NCBI GenBank assembly: GCA_050873265.1
Contig: JBNMIL010000001.1
Coordinates: 1,606-65,605 of the forward strand
Reading direction: 5' to 3'
Length of the DNA: 64,000 nucleotides
DNA from: Angelakisella sp.
GTDB lineage: Bacteria; Bacillota; Clostridia; Oscillospirales; Ruminococcaceae
The notes under the pieces were generated by a model. That model did not search any database and had not been told where the DNA came from. It saw only the letters and a program-made list of their open reading frames with translations. Of this stretch, positions 39,422-48,607 are shown piece by piece (position 1 is the first letter of the stretch; each line of letters starts with the position of its first letter). The translations under genes were made by a program, and so were the position numbers.

Positions 39422-39748
39422 TTGAATAAGAGTGTCCGCAATGAGATCAAGGCGCAGATCATTCGCGCCGGTTTTACCATGCAGGAGGTTGTTGACCTAT
39501 TACATGATGAATATGGCTGGTCGGACAGCGTTTCCAATTTGTCCGCCAAGTTACAGCGGGAGAGCATCCGCTATAAAGAGGTCGTCGAGCTTGCCAACAC
39601 GCTGGGCTATGAAATTTACTGGGGTCCCCGCAAAGGCGATGCCTTTGTGGGGAGAGGAGGAACAGCGGAACGGATGAGCTCTGCCGCTTGCGGCGGAGTG
39701 AAGAATGTGGAGCTTGCGACGACGAGGCAGAAACGGAGAGAGAAATAA
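39422..39748 (+). CDS. small HTH-like element protein carrying a 35-codon insertion
   Basis: TTG start after GGAGGGG; RNEIKAQIIRAG...SVSNLSAKLQRESIRYKEVVELA; stop abuts the mob start. Confidence 0.75.
   Translation: MNKSVRNEIKAQIIRAGFTMQEVVDLLHDEYGWSDSVSNLSAKLQRESIRYKEVVELANTLGYEIYWGPRKGDAFVGRGGTAERMSSAACGGVKNVELATTRQKRREK
39623..39727 (+). repeat. 105-nt hairpin-rich miniature insertion element
   Basis: CCCGCAAAGGC-GAT-GCCTTTGTGGG and CTCTGCCG-CTTG-CGGCGGAG hairpins; GG at both junctions; removal restores YEIYW-QKRREK. Confidence 0.6.
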
Positions 39749-40729
39749 ATGAGTAAGCCGCAGTTTGCGATTCTCCGCTTTGCCAAGTACAAAGGACCGG
39801 AAATTTCCAATATTGAAGCGCACAATGAGCGCACAAAAGAGGAATATGTCAGCAATCCGGATATTGACAAGAGCCGCAGCCACCTGAATTTTCATCTACT
39901 CGAACCGGAGCGCAAATATCGCGCAGAGGCAGAACGGCAGATCAAGGACACCGGTTGCCGTACCCGCTCAGACAGTGTGCGGCTGGTGGAGGCTCTTGTG
40001 ACCGCAACGCCGGAGTTCTTCAAGGGTAAGAAGAAAGCTGAAATCAAAGCCTATTTTCAGGAGGCGCTGGACTTTATCCGTAAACATCAAGACCCGAAAA
40101 CCATTATATCCGCTGTGGTGCATATGGACGAGAAAACGCCCCATATGCACCTTTCTTTTGTCCCGCTGACAGAAGATGGGCGGCTTTGCGCCAAAGAAAT
40201 CGTAGGCAACAAGAAGAAGCTGACGCAGTGGCAGGACAGATTTTGGGAGCATATGGTCAAAAAATACCCAGATTTGGAGCGCGGCGAGAGCGCCAGCGAA
40301 ACCGGACGCGACCATATCCCGCCACGGGTGTTCAAAGAAATGACGCGCCTGACCAAGCAAAAAGCCAAAGTGGAGGAACTGCTGTCTGACATCAACCCGT
40401 TCAACATTAAGGGGAAAACCGCTGAAATTGGCATATTGCTGGATAAGTACATCCCGGCGGTAGAGCAGATTCACACGACACTGAAAAAGTACAATGCGGC
40501 GTTCACGGTCACGACTGCCGAAAATAAAAAGCTGAAAAAGAAAACGGAGCAGTTGGAGCAGTCGCTGGACAAAGCCACGCAGGAAAGCACCTTGAAAAAG
40601 CTGGCTGACGCCAAGCTGCATCGGGATTTTGAGGATGCCGTCGCCGTACTGGATCGTATTCCGAAGGAAGTGCTGGCGGCATATGCGCACAGAACGGAGA
40701 AAGAGAGGGAAACTGCCTATGGTAGATGA
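39749..40729 (+). CDS. MobV (Pre/Mob) family relaxase
   Basis: AHNER, IDKSRSHLN, VVHMDEKTPHMH, WQD, LERG; coiled-coil C-terminus. Confidence 0.92.
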   Translation: MSKPQFAILRFAKYKGPEISNIEAHNERTKEEYVSNPDIDKSRSHLNFHLLEPERKYRAEAERQIKDTGCRTRSDSVRLVEALVTATPEFFKGKKKAEIKAYFQEALDFIRKHQDPKTIISAVVHMDEKTPHMHLSFVPLTEDGRLCAKEIVGNKKKLTQWQDRFWEHMVKKYPDLERGESASETGRDHIPPRVFKEMTRLTKQKAKVEELLSDINPFNIKGKTAEIGILLDKYIPAVEQIHTTLKKYNAAFTVTTAENKKLKKKTEQLEQSLDKATQESTLKKLADAKLHRDFEDAVAVLDRIPKEVLAAYAHRTEKERETAYGR

Positions 40730-40895
40730 ATGGAGCGGCTTCGCCGCTTTGCTGGCAAATTTGATTGAAAAGTATGCCGTGGTTCTGAATCTTGATGCGC
40801 TGCCCGATCGCGTCATAGAGGAAGCCGCGTCTGAAAAAGATGATGCCGATAAGAATATTCACGAAAACGATATTGAACCCGCAAAAGTGGCATGA
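40719..40895 (+). CDS. small hypothetical element protein
   Basis: MVDEWSGFAALLANLIEKYA...; GAGGGA RBS; overlaps the mob stop. Confidence 0.55.
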   Translation: MVDEWSGFAALLANLIEKYAVVLNLDALPDRVIEEAASEKDDADKNIHENDIEPAKVA

Positions 40896-40901
40896 TATAA
40901 T
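40873..40901 (+). promoter_or_regulatory. promoter of rhuM-integrase
   Basis: TTGAAC-17 bp-TATAAT with TGn extension. Confidence 0.65.
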
Positions 40902-40978
40902 TGTCATGAAATAAGTGTCCAAACCGCCATTGCGGGAGCAAAAGCTCCTGCAATGGCAGAAAACGAGGTGAAGTGACA

Positions 40979-41983
40979 ATGGAACGCTGGGAGAATGAGC
41001 AGAACAATTCTGAAATGATGATTTATACCACAGAGGATGGCTTGACAAAGATCGAAACGACCTTCGATGGAGATACCGTTTGGCTTTCCAGTGACCAGAT
41101 GGCGGAGCTGTTTCAGAGAGACAAATCTACCATTTCCAGACATATCAAGAACATTTTCGCTGAGGGCGAATTGAAGCGAGAAGCAGTTGTTGCAAATTTT
41201 GCAACAACTGCCTCTGACGGTAAGACTTATCAGGTGGATTACTATAATCTCGATGTTATCATTTCTGTCGGTTACCGTGTGAAGTCTCAGCGCGGCGTGC
41301 AGTTTCGTATTTGGGCAACTGGGATTTTGAAGGAGTATATGCGAAAAGGCTTCGCTCTGGATGATGAGCGCCTGAAAAATCTGGGTGGCGGCGGATACTT
41401 CAAGGAGCTGTTGGAGCGTATCCGCGATATCCGTGCTTCTGAAAAGGTGTTTTACCGACAGGTACTTGAAATCTACGCGACCAGTATTGACTATGATCCC
41501 AAGGCGGAAATCTCCATTCAGTTTTTCAAGAAAGTCCAAAATAAGATTCATTATGCCATTCATGGACAAACCGCGGCGGAAGTCATTTACACACGCGCCG
41601 ATGCGGAGAAAGAATTTATGGGCTTGACCACCTTTGCGGGCAGTCAGCCCACGCTGAAAGAGGCGGTAGTTGCCAAGAACTATCTGAACGAGAAAGAGCT
41701 TCGTGCTATGGGGCAGCTTGTATCCGGCTATCTGGATTTTGCGGAACGACAGGCAGAGCGAGAGCAGGCAATGACCATGCAGGACTGGTCAGAGCATCTT
41801 GATCGGATTCTGACTATGAGTGGAGAGCAGCTGCTGATTGGCAACGGAAGCGTCAGCCATAAGCAGGCTATCGACAAGGCAACCGGCGAGTACAGGAAAT
41901 ACAAAGCCCGTACCCTCAGTGAAGTTGAGCGCGATTATCTGGATTCCATCAAGCTGTTGGAGCAGAAAACAGATAAAAAGTAA
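40979..41983 (+). CDS. RhuM family protein
   Basis: TVWLS..QMAELF, YYNLDVIISVGYRVKS.RG.QFR.WAT, RIRDIRASEKVFY, AKNYL. Confidence 0.93.
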   Translation: MERWENEQNNSEMMIYTTEDGLTKIETTFDGDTVWLSSDQMAELFQRDKSTISRHIKNIFAEGELKREAVVANFATTASDGKTYQVDYYNLDVIISVGYRVKSQRGVQFRIWATGILKEYMRKGFALDDERLKNLGGGGYFKELLERIRDIRASEKVFYRQVLEIYATSIDYDPKAEISIQFFKKVQNKIHYAIHGQTAAEVIYTRADAEKEFMGLTTFAGSQPTLKEAVVAKNYLNEKELRAMGQLVSGYLDFAERQAEREQAMTMQDWSEHLDRILTMSGEQLLIGNGSVSHKQAIDKATGEYRKYKARTLSEVERDYLDSIKLLEQKTDKK

Positions 41984-42003
41984 GCCAGGGTGGAGAAGAC
42001 GTG

Positions 42004-43680
42004 ATGAAAAAAGAAAAGATAAATGTCTATATCTATACTCGCGTGTCCACCGCCATGCAGATTGACGGATATTCTCTGGATGCACAGAAATCCAGAATGA
42101 AAGCCTATGCCGAGTTCAATGACTATGAGATTGTGGGCGAATATGAGGATGCAGGCAAATCCGGCAAGTCTATTGAAGGGCGCGTGGAGTTTAACCGTAT
42201 GATGGAGGATATCAAGTCTGGTAAAGACGGCGTGTCCTATGTACTGGTGTTCAAACTCTCGCGCTTCGGCAGAAATGCGGCAGATGTCTTGTCTACTTTG
42301 CAGGTTATGCAGGATTTTGGCGTCAATCTGATTTGCGTGGAGGACGGGATTGATTCCTCCAAGGATGCGGGAAAGCTGATGATTTCCGTTCTTTCAGCTG
42401 TGGCTAAAATTGAGCGTGAAAATATCCGTGTGCAGACAATGGAGGGCAGAATCCAGAAAGCCCGTGAGGGGAAATGGAACGGCGGCTTTGCGCCTTATGG
42501 CTACAAGCTGGAAAAGGGACAGCTTTTCATCAACGAGGAAGAAGCAGCGGCAATCCGCGTGATTTTTGACCAGTATGTGCATACGGATACCGGCGCAAAC
42601 GGTCTTGCAAAATACCTTGCAACCCACGGGATTCACAAAATTCAAAGGCAAAACGGGAAAAATCCATTATTCGATGCGGCGCTGATCCGCAGGATTCTGA
42701 AAAATCCGGTTTACTGCGGGAAAATCGCCTATGGCAGACGTCGGACGGAGAAGGTGCATGGCACTCGAAATGATTACCGGCTGGTGGAACAGGACGATTA
42801 TCTGCTGGTGGATGGCCTGCATGAGGGAATCGTTTCCGAAGAACTATGGCACGAGGCGCAGGTCAAGCTGCTGGCACAAGCGGAAAAGTACGAACATGTC
42901 AACAGGGGCAAAGACACAAAAATACATCTGCTGTCAGGTATCGTAAAATGTCCGGTTTGCGGTGCGGGAATGTACGGAAACAAAAGCATCAAACACAAGG
43001 CGGATGGCTCAAAATACAAGGATTTTTATTACTATGGCTGTAAGCATCGTACAATGACGCACGGGCATAAGTGTGACTTCAAGAAGCAGATCAATGAAGA
43101 GCTGCTGGACAGCGCCGTTGCGGAGGTTATCGTAAAGCTGGTAAGCAATCCGAAATTCGCCGCCATGATGCAGGAAAAGATCAGCATGAAGGTGGATACC
43201 TCTGCCATTGAGCAGGAGATTGCGGCACATGAAAAGCAGCTTCGCCAGAGCTATTCCGTAAAGGCACAGCTGATGGATGAAATTGATTCCCTCGACCCGG
43301 ACGATAAGCACTACATCAAACGCAAAGCAGACCTTGATGACCGACTTTACAAGATGTATGATAAGATCGAGGATACAGAAAACCAGCTCGTTGCCGCCAG
43401 AGCCAAGAAGATGGCAATTGAGGCGGAAAAGCTGACAGGCGACAACATCTACAAGGTGCTGATTTACTTTGATAAGCTCTATTCCGTCATGGACGATCAG
43501 GAAAAGCGGCAGCTCATGGAATCGCTGCTTTCCGAAGTTCAGATTTATGAGGAACGGCAGCCTAATGGTCAGTGGCTCAAGTCCATCAAATTCAGGCTTC
43601 CAATCATTGCGGAAGATATGAGTTTGAGTTTGGACAATGATGTACATATCGAGACGATAGGTCTGTTTATTCAAGCATAA
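42004..43680 (+). CDS. large serine recombinase (integrase)
   Basis: YTRVST catalytic Ser, FKLSRFGRN, APYGY recombinase domain, LLSGIVKCPVCG zinc ribbon, coiled coil. Confidence 0.95.
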   Translation: MKKEKINVYIYTRVSTAMQIDGYSLDAQKSRMKAYAEFNDYEIVGEYEDAGKSGKSIEGRVEFNRMMEDIKSGKDGVSYVLVFKLSRFGRNAADVLSTLQVMQDFGVNLICVEDGIDSSKDAGKLMISVLSAVAKIERENIRVQTMEGRIQKAREGKWNGGFAPYGYKLEKGQLFINEEEAAAIRVIFDQYVHTDTGANGLAKYLATHGIHKIQRQNGKNPLFDAALIRRILKNPVYCGKIAYGRRRTEKVHGTRNDYRLVEQDDYLLVDGLHEGIVSEELWHEAQVKLLAQAEKYEHVNRGKDTKIHLLSGIVKCPVCGAGMYGNKSIKHKADGSKYKDFYYYGCKHRTMTHGHKCDFKKQINEELLDSAVAEVIVKLVSNPKFAAMMQEKISMKVDTSAIEQEIAAHEKQLRQSYSVKAQLMDEIDSLDPDDKHYIKRKADLDDRLYKMYDKIEDTENQLVAARAKKMAIEAEKLTGDNIYKVLIYFDKLYSVMDDQEKRQLMESLLSEVQIYEERQPNGQWLKSIKFRLPIIAEDMSLSLDNDVHIETIGLFIQA

Positions 43681-43728
43681 AAAAATACCGGTCGCTTCGT
43701 TTGGCGGAGTAACCGGTATTTTCTTTTA
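43681..43728. terminator. bidirectional terminator (probably the original rlmD terminator)
   Basis: AAAATACCGGT...ACCGGTATTTT between convergent genes. Confidence 0.7.
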
Positions 43729-45081
43729 TTACACTAAGTTCTTTTCCCGATGGGTAATAATGCTGTACGCCACAACGCAAACCACCACCGAAAGCAGCGA
43801 GCCTGCCGCCGTTGCCAAGCCCATTGGGAAAAGCGTATCGGCAAAGTGGGTGGATGTATAGTACACCCCCGGGATACGCACCAGCACAATGGCAAGGATA
43901 TTGTGAAGGAACGAAAGCCCCGACTTACCGCAGGCGCAGAAATAACCGCTGAAGCTGAAGTGGATCCCCGCAAAAATGCAGTCCCACACATAGCCGCGCA
44001 GGTACTGCCCGCCCAGTCGGATCACCTCCAGACCATCTGCACTGGCAGAGCTGGTGAAGAGTGAGACAACCGGCTCGGCAAAGAATTGCATCAGCAGGAC
44101 AATAACAGCACCGAAGCCCGCTGTGATGATAACAGCATAGCGCAGCGTCGCCTTGGCACGCTCCGGCTTGCCTGCACCGATATTCTGTGCGCCCAGTGCC
44201 GAAACGGTAGAAAGCATAGAGGACGGCACCAGAAACAGAAAGCTGATGATTTTTTCTACGATTCCGACTGCCGCGGCGTCATTCAGTCCCCTGCGGTTGG
44301 CAATGATGGTAATAACAATAAAAGCAATCTGGATCAAGCCATCTTGAAGAGCGATGGGAACACCGATTTTGAGGAGGCTGCCCATTGTTTCCCGCTGGGG
44401 GCGAAGATCACTCTTTTTCAGGACTATGCCCGTCTTGCGCCTGCGAATCATAATGAGCGCCGCAAGAACACTGACTGCCTGCGAAAGGGTCGTGCCCAGC
44501 GCCGCGCCGATCGGTCCCATGCGCAATGCGCCCATAAAGAGATAGTCCAGACCAATATTGGCAACGCAGGCAACAAGGATAAAATACATGGGGCTTTTGC
44601 TGTCGCCCATACCGCGGAAAATGGAGCTGATAATATTGTAAGCCGTAATAAACGGGATCCCGATAAAACAGACCGTCAGGTACGCCACTGTTCCCTCTAC
44701 CGCTTCGGTCGGGGTAGACATGACCGCCACGATATCCCGACGCAGCAAAAGCAGAACCGCCGTAAGTACCAGCGAGACCGCCATAAACAGTGTCACGGTA
44801 TTCCCGATACTTTGCGCCGCCTGCCGGCGGTCATCGGCGCCGACTGCCCGCCCGATGCTGACCGTCGCGCCCATTGCGAGCCCGACGATCATAACGGTGA
44901 GCATATGCATAACCTGCGAACCGATAGAAACGGCAGTGGTACTGGCTACCCCCTCAAACTGCCCTATGATAAAAAGATCTGCCATGCCGTAAAGCGTCTG
45001 CAAGAAATATGAGAGCAGGTAAGGCAGAGAAAACAGCAGCACATTTTTCAGCACGCTGCCGGTTGTCAGATTCTTTTCCAT
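43729..45081 (-). CDS. MATE family efflux transporter
   Basis: LTTGSVLK, QTLYGMAD, FRGMGDSKSP, AQNIGAG; ~12 TMs. Confidence 0.93.
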   Translation of the reverse strand: MEKNLTTGSVLKNVLLFSLPYLLSYFLQTLYGMADLFIIGQFEGVASTTAVSIGSQVMHMLTVMIVGLAMGATVSIGRAVGADDRRQAAQSIGNTVTLFMAVSLVLTAVLLLLRRDIVAVMSTPTEAVEGTVAYLTVCFIGIPFITAYNIISSIFRGMGDSKSPMYFILVACVANIGLDYLFMGALRMGPIGAALGTTLSQAVSVLAALIMIRRRKTGIVLKKSDLRPQRETMGSLLKIGVPIALQDGLIQIAFIVITIIANRRGLNDAAAVGIVEKIISFLFLVPSSMLSTVSALGAQNIGAGKPERAKATLRYAVIITAGFGAVIVLLMQFFAEPVVSLFTSSASADGLEVIRLGGQYLRGYVWDCIFAGIHFSFSGYFCACGKSGLSFLHNILAIVLVRIPGVYYTSTHFADTLFPMGLATAAGSLLSVVVCVVAYSIITHREKNLV

Positions 45082-45223
45082 TCTTGTCATTCCTTTGATA
45101 TTGCGGTGATATGCGATGATATGAACTATTATAAACCCCGCAGCAGCGTCCATGTCAAGTCGTCGCGGATAAAACGGGAAAAGCGCCGGTTTTGTGCGCC
45201 GGCGCCCTTGTTTTTTGTTTATT

Positions 45224-45943
45224 TTATTGAATTCGCACCAGCAGCACCGTCTCCCCGCCGCGGGACACACGGATATCCAGCCCGTTTTCGGTCTGCTTAC
45301 GCCGGAACTCCAGAAGCTCGCCCTCATAGCAGGAGGCGCGGAATATAACATCCACGCGGCGGATCCTCATGGCTTTCAGCTCCGCGTTGGAGAAAGTCCC
45401 CATGACGGCACGGACATACGCCGTGTTATTCATGTGCCCGCCCACATCAATATCGGTGGAGCGCACTCGATACTCGGCATAGCGTTCGGTCTCCTCAAAA
45501 TGATCGGCAATGCGGGCAAACGGTTCCGGGCAGGCAGGAGTCATATCGAAATTAAGCTCCTCTGGATAAATCCCATCCAGCGGCACCAGCTTGTGTGTTT
45601 GGGTATTGATGACCGCCCATTCCGTTTTACCGGTCATCAGCACCTCCCCCGCACTGCCAAGGATATAGCTGCGGTTCCCACGCATTTTATCCGGCTTTTC
45701 GGGGTAAGTCTGTAAGGAAACACTTTGCAGCATAGCGGGGCGCCGGATAAAATTGACCTGTGTTTTGACCGTCAGCCAAAAAAGGTCTTTTTTTGCCATT
45801 GCCCCCAGCCCTATTCCAAGCATTTCGGCATGGGTGGTGGCTATATCCATAAACAGACCAAACGCCTCGGCGTAGCTCAATTTGCCGGCGGCATCACAGA
45901 TGCTTGGACCTATCTCCCGCGTTACTTCATATTTTTCCGTCAT
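45224..45943 (-). CDS. acyl-ACP thioesterase
   Basis: Double hot-dog pattern; VRSTDIDVGGHMNNTAY. Confidence 0.85.
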   Translation of the reverse strand: MTEKYEVTREIGPSICDAAGKLSYAEAFGLFMDIATTHAEMLGIGLGAMAKKDLFWLTVKTQVNFIRRPAMLQSVSLQTYPEKPDKMRGNRSYILGSAGEVLMTGKTEWAVINTQTHKLVPLDGIYPEELNFDMTPACPEPFARIADHFEETERYAEYRVRSTDIDVGGHMNNTAYVRAVMGTFSNAELKAMRIRRVDVIFRASCYEGELLEFRRKQTENGLDIRVSRGGETVLLVRIQ

Positions 45944-46092
45944 ATCCGTTCCCCTCCTCTGCGGTTTTCTTGTAAAACCGAAAGCAATGTGCTATATTAG
46001 ATGCAGATGGTGCAATAATGATATTGTACCACAGATGTCGGAATTATCAAGCCGCCAATTTCCCTGCATTGTGCAAAGGAGACGATCAAACT

Positions 46093-47064
46093 ATGTGTAC
46101 CGCAGCCACCTACCGCACCCGAGATTTTTACATGGGGCGGACGCTGGACTATGAATTTTCCTACCCAAGTGAAGTAACCATTATGCCCCGCCATTTCCCA
46201 CTCGCCCTGCGTCATGGCGAAACACTGACAGAGCATTACGCCCTGATCGGTATGGCGTATGTCACGGAGGACTATCCCCTTTATTATGACGCCATTAACG
46301 AAAAAGGACTGGGCATGGCAGGGCTGAACTTTGTGGGCAATGCCGCCTATGCCAAGCCCTGTGAGGGCAAAGAGAACATCGCCCAGTTCGAGTTTATCCC
46401 GTGGCTGCTTGCCCGCTGCGCCGATCTGCGGGACGCTCGCGCTGCGTTGGAAACCATGAACCTGACCGATACCCCTTTCAACGGTCAGCTGCCGCCCGCC
46501 TCCCTACACTGGCTTATCGCGGATAAATCCGGCGCCATTGTGGTAGAGTGTATGGCAGACGGTCTGCATATCTACGATGATCCCGTCGGGGTCCTGACCA
46601 ACAACCCGCCGTTTCCCCAGCAGATGGCGATACTGAACCGTTATCGCGGACTTTCGCCCCGCCAGCCGGAAAACACCTTTGCGCCCGGGGTGGAACTGCC
46701 CTGTTACAGCCGCGGTATGGGCGCCAAGGGGCTGCCCGGCGATGTTTCCTCCGATTCCCGCTTTGTACGGGTCGCCTTTACCCGCATGAATTCGGTAAGA
46801 GGCGAAGGTGAGGCGGAAAGCGTCAGCCAGTTCTTCCACATTCTCGGCACGGTGGAGCAGGTACGCGGCTGTTGTGAGGTCGCGCCCGGTAAGTACGAGA
46901 TCACCATTTATACCTCCTGCTGCAATGCCACGCGCGGTATCTATTACTACACGACTTACCGAAATCCGCAGATCACCGCCGTGGATATGCACCGCACCGA
47001 CCTGACGGGAACGACCCTGTCGCGCTACCCCCTGCTGCCCCTTGAAATACGACAGCAAAACTAA
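46093..47064 (+). CDS. bsh: choloylglycine hydrolase (bile salt hydrolase)
   Basis: N-terminal nucleophile MCTA, GRTLD, DAINEKGLGMAGLNF, VLTNNP, GLPGD.SS.SRFVR. Confidence 0.9.
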   Translation: MCTAATYRTRDFYMGRTLDYEFSYPSEVTIMPRHFPLALRHGETLTEHYALIGMAYVTEDYPLYYDAINEKGLGMAGLNFVGNAAYAKPCEGKENIAQFEFIPWLLARCADLRDARAALETMNLTDTPFNGQLPPASLHWLIADKSGAIVVECMADGLHIYDDPVGVLTNNPPFPQQMAILNRYRGLSPRQPENTFAPGVELPCYSRGMGAKGLPGDVSSDSRFVRVAFTRMNSVRGEGEAESVSQFFHILGTVEQVRGCCEVAPGKYEITIYTSCCNATRGIYYYTTYRNPQITAVDMHRTDLTGTTLSRYPLLPLEIRQQN

Positions 47065-47101
47065 AATACTGAATAAACAAAAAGCCGGTACACTGCACAC
47101 C

Positions 47102-47172
47102 TGAACAAGTCCCCCATTTGTTAAACAAGCATGATAGAATACTTGTTTAACAAATGGGGGGCTGTTTATTCA
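47102..47172. repeat. long palindrome between convergent bsh and phoU
   Basis: 19-bp perfect arms CCCCCATTTGTTAAACAAG (47111-47129) and CTTGTTTAACAAATGGGGG (47142-47160); outer TGAA...TTCA. Confidence 0.8.
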
Positions 47173-47201
47173 GACTGCCAGCCGGTTTTTATCTTTATTC
47201 T

Positions 47202-47852
47202 TTACGGTATTTCGCTGCTTTTGTGAATTCCTGTCACCGAGAAAATGACCCACTCCGCGATATTCACCGCATGATCGCCGATACGTTCAAAATACTTGGC
47301 GATCATCAAAAGGTCAAGGGTCTGTTCCCCTCCAGCGGGGTTTTCCGCGATCTGTGCAATCAGCTCCCGTTTTACACGGCTGAAATAATCGTCCACAATG
47401 TCGTCCTCGGTGATCACCTGTCCAGCCAGTTCAATATCCCGCCTCACATAGGCATCTACGCTTTCCGTCACCATCTTAATGGTCGCCTTCGCCATCTCCC
47501 GCAGCAGGGAGCAATCGGTGCACTCAAACTCCATATAGGTGACAATCTCCGCAATATCCTCCGCCTGATCCCCGATCCGTTCCATATCGGTTATCATCTT
47601 CAGCGCGGCGGAGATCTGCCGCAGGTCGCGGGCGACCGGCTGCTGCTGGAGCAGCAATTTCAGGCACAGGCTTTCAATATCGCGCTCCTTCTGGTCGATC
47701 TCGGCATCCAGCGGCGCGACCCGCGCTGCCAGTGCCTTGTCGCTATCGGCAAGTGCCTTGGCGGAAAGAGCAATGACCTCCTCGCACAGGGCGCCCATTT
47801 CGGTCAGCTCACGGCTCAGTTGTGCCAGCTGTTCATCAAAATGACTTCTCAT
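47202..47852 (-). CDS. phoU: phosphate signalling protein PhoU
   Basis: QQPVARDLR, DMERIGD, ERIGDHAVNIAE. Confidence 0.96.
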   Translation of the reverse strand: MRSHFDEQLAQLSRELTEMGALCEEVIALSAKALADSDKALAARVAPLDAEIDQKERDIESLCLKLLLQQQPVARDLRQISAALKMITDMERIGDQAEDIAEIVTYMEFECTDCSLLREMAKATIKMVTESVDAYVRRDIELAGQVITEDDIVDDYFSRVKRELIAQIAENPAGGEQTLDLLMIAKYFERIGDHAVNIAEWVIFSVTGIHKSSEIP

Positions 47853-48607
47853 TATCCAAACCTCCCCGTGATGTAATCCTCAGTCTTCTTCTCCTTGGGC
47901 TGAGAGAACAGTTCCTCGGTATTGCCGTATTCAATCAGCTCGCCCAGCAGGAAAAACGCGGTCTGATCCGAAATACGAACTGCCTGCTGCATATTGTGGG
48001 TGACTATAACGATGGTGTACTTCTCTTTCAGCTCCATCGCCAGCTCCTCTATCTTGGAGGTAGAAATGGGGTCAAGCGCACTGGTCGGCTCGTCCATCAG
48101 CAGCACATTCGGTTCCACCGCCAGCGCCCGCGCAATGCACAGCCGCTGCTGCTGACCGCCGGAAAGTCCCAGGGCATTCTTGCGCAGACGGTCTTTTATC
48201 TCGTCCCAGATCGCCGCATCCCGCAGGGATCGCTCCACGATCTCATCAAGCTCCGCCTTTTTGCGAATCCCGTGGGTACGGGGACCGTATGCCACATTAT
48301 CGTATATGCTCATCGGGAATGGATTTGGCTTTTGGAATACCATACCGATCTGCCGCCGCAGCTCGCTGACCTCTACCGTCGGGGCATAAATATCCTGCCC
48401 CTTGTAGCATACTTTGCCTGTAATGTGCACACCCTTTACAAGGTCGTTCATGCGGTTGAGCGTCTTCAGCAGGGTGGATTTTCCGCAGCCGGAGGGACCG
48501 ATGAACGCCGTAATGCTCTTTTCCGGAATTTCCATATTGATATGGTGCAGAGCCTGATGGCTGCCGTACCACAGGTTCAGATCCTGCACCGAAATAATAT
48601 CACTCAT
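47852..48607 (-). CDS. pstB: phosphate ABC transporter ATPase
   Basis: [42 protein letters not shown]. Confidence 0.97.
   Translation of the reverse strand: MSDIISVQDLNLWYGSHQALHHINMEIPEKSITAFIGPSGCGKSTLLKTLNRMNDLVKGVHITGKVCYKGQDIYAPTVEVSELRRQIGMVFQKPNPFPMSIYDNVAYGPRTHGIRKKAELDEIVERSLRDAAIWDEIKDRLRKNALGLSGGQQQRLCIARALAVEPNVLLMDEPTSALDPISTSKIEELAMELKEKYTIVIVTHNMQQAVRISDQTAFFLLGELIEYGNTEELFSQPKEKKTEDYITGRFG

Larger units (their letters stand above)
37092..43656 (+). mobile_element. integrative mobilizable element (serine integrase, MobV relaxase) in the 3' end of rlmD; internally deleted
   Basis: Flanked by CATxxxGAGACG motifs (GAGACG at 37092-37097 and 43651-43656); contains HTH, primase fragment, MobV, RhuM and large serine recombinase genes; exact crossover base not determined. 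Confidence 0.85.
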
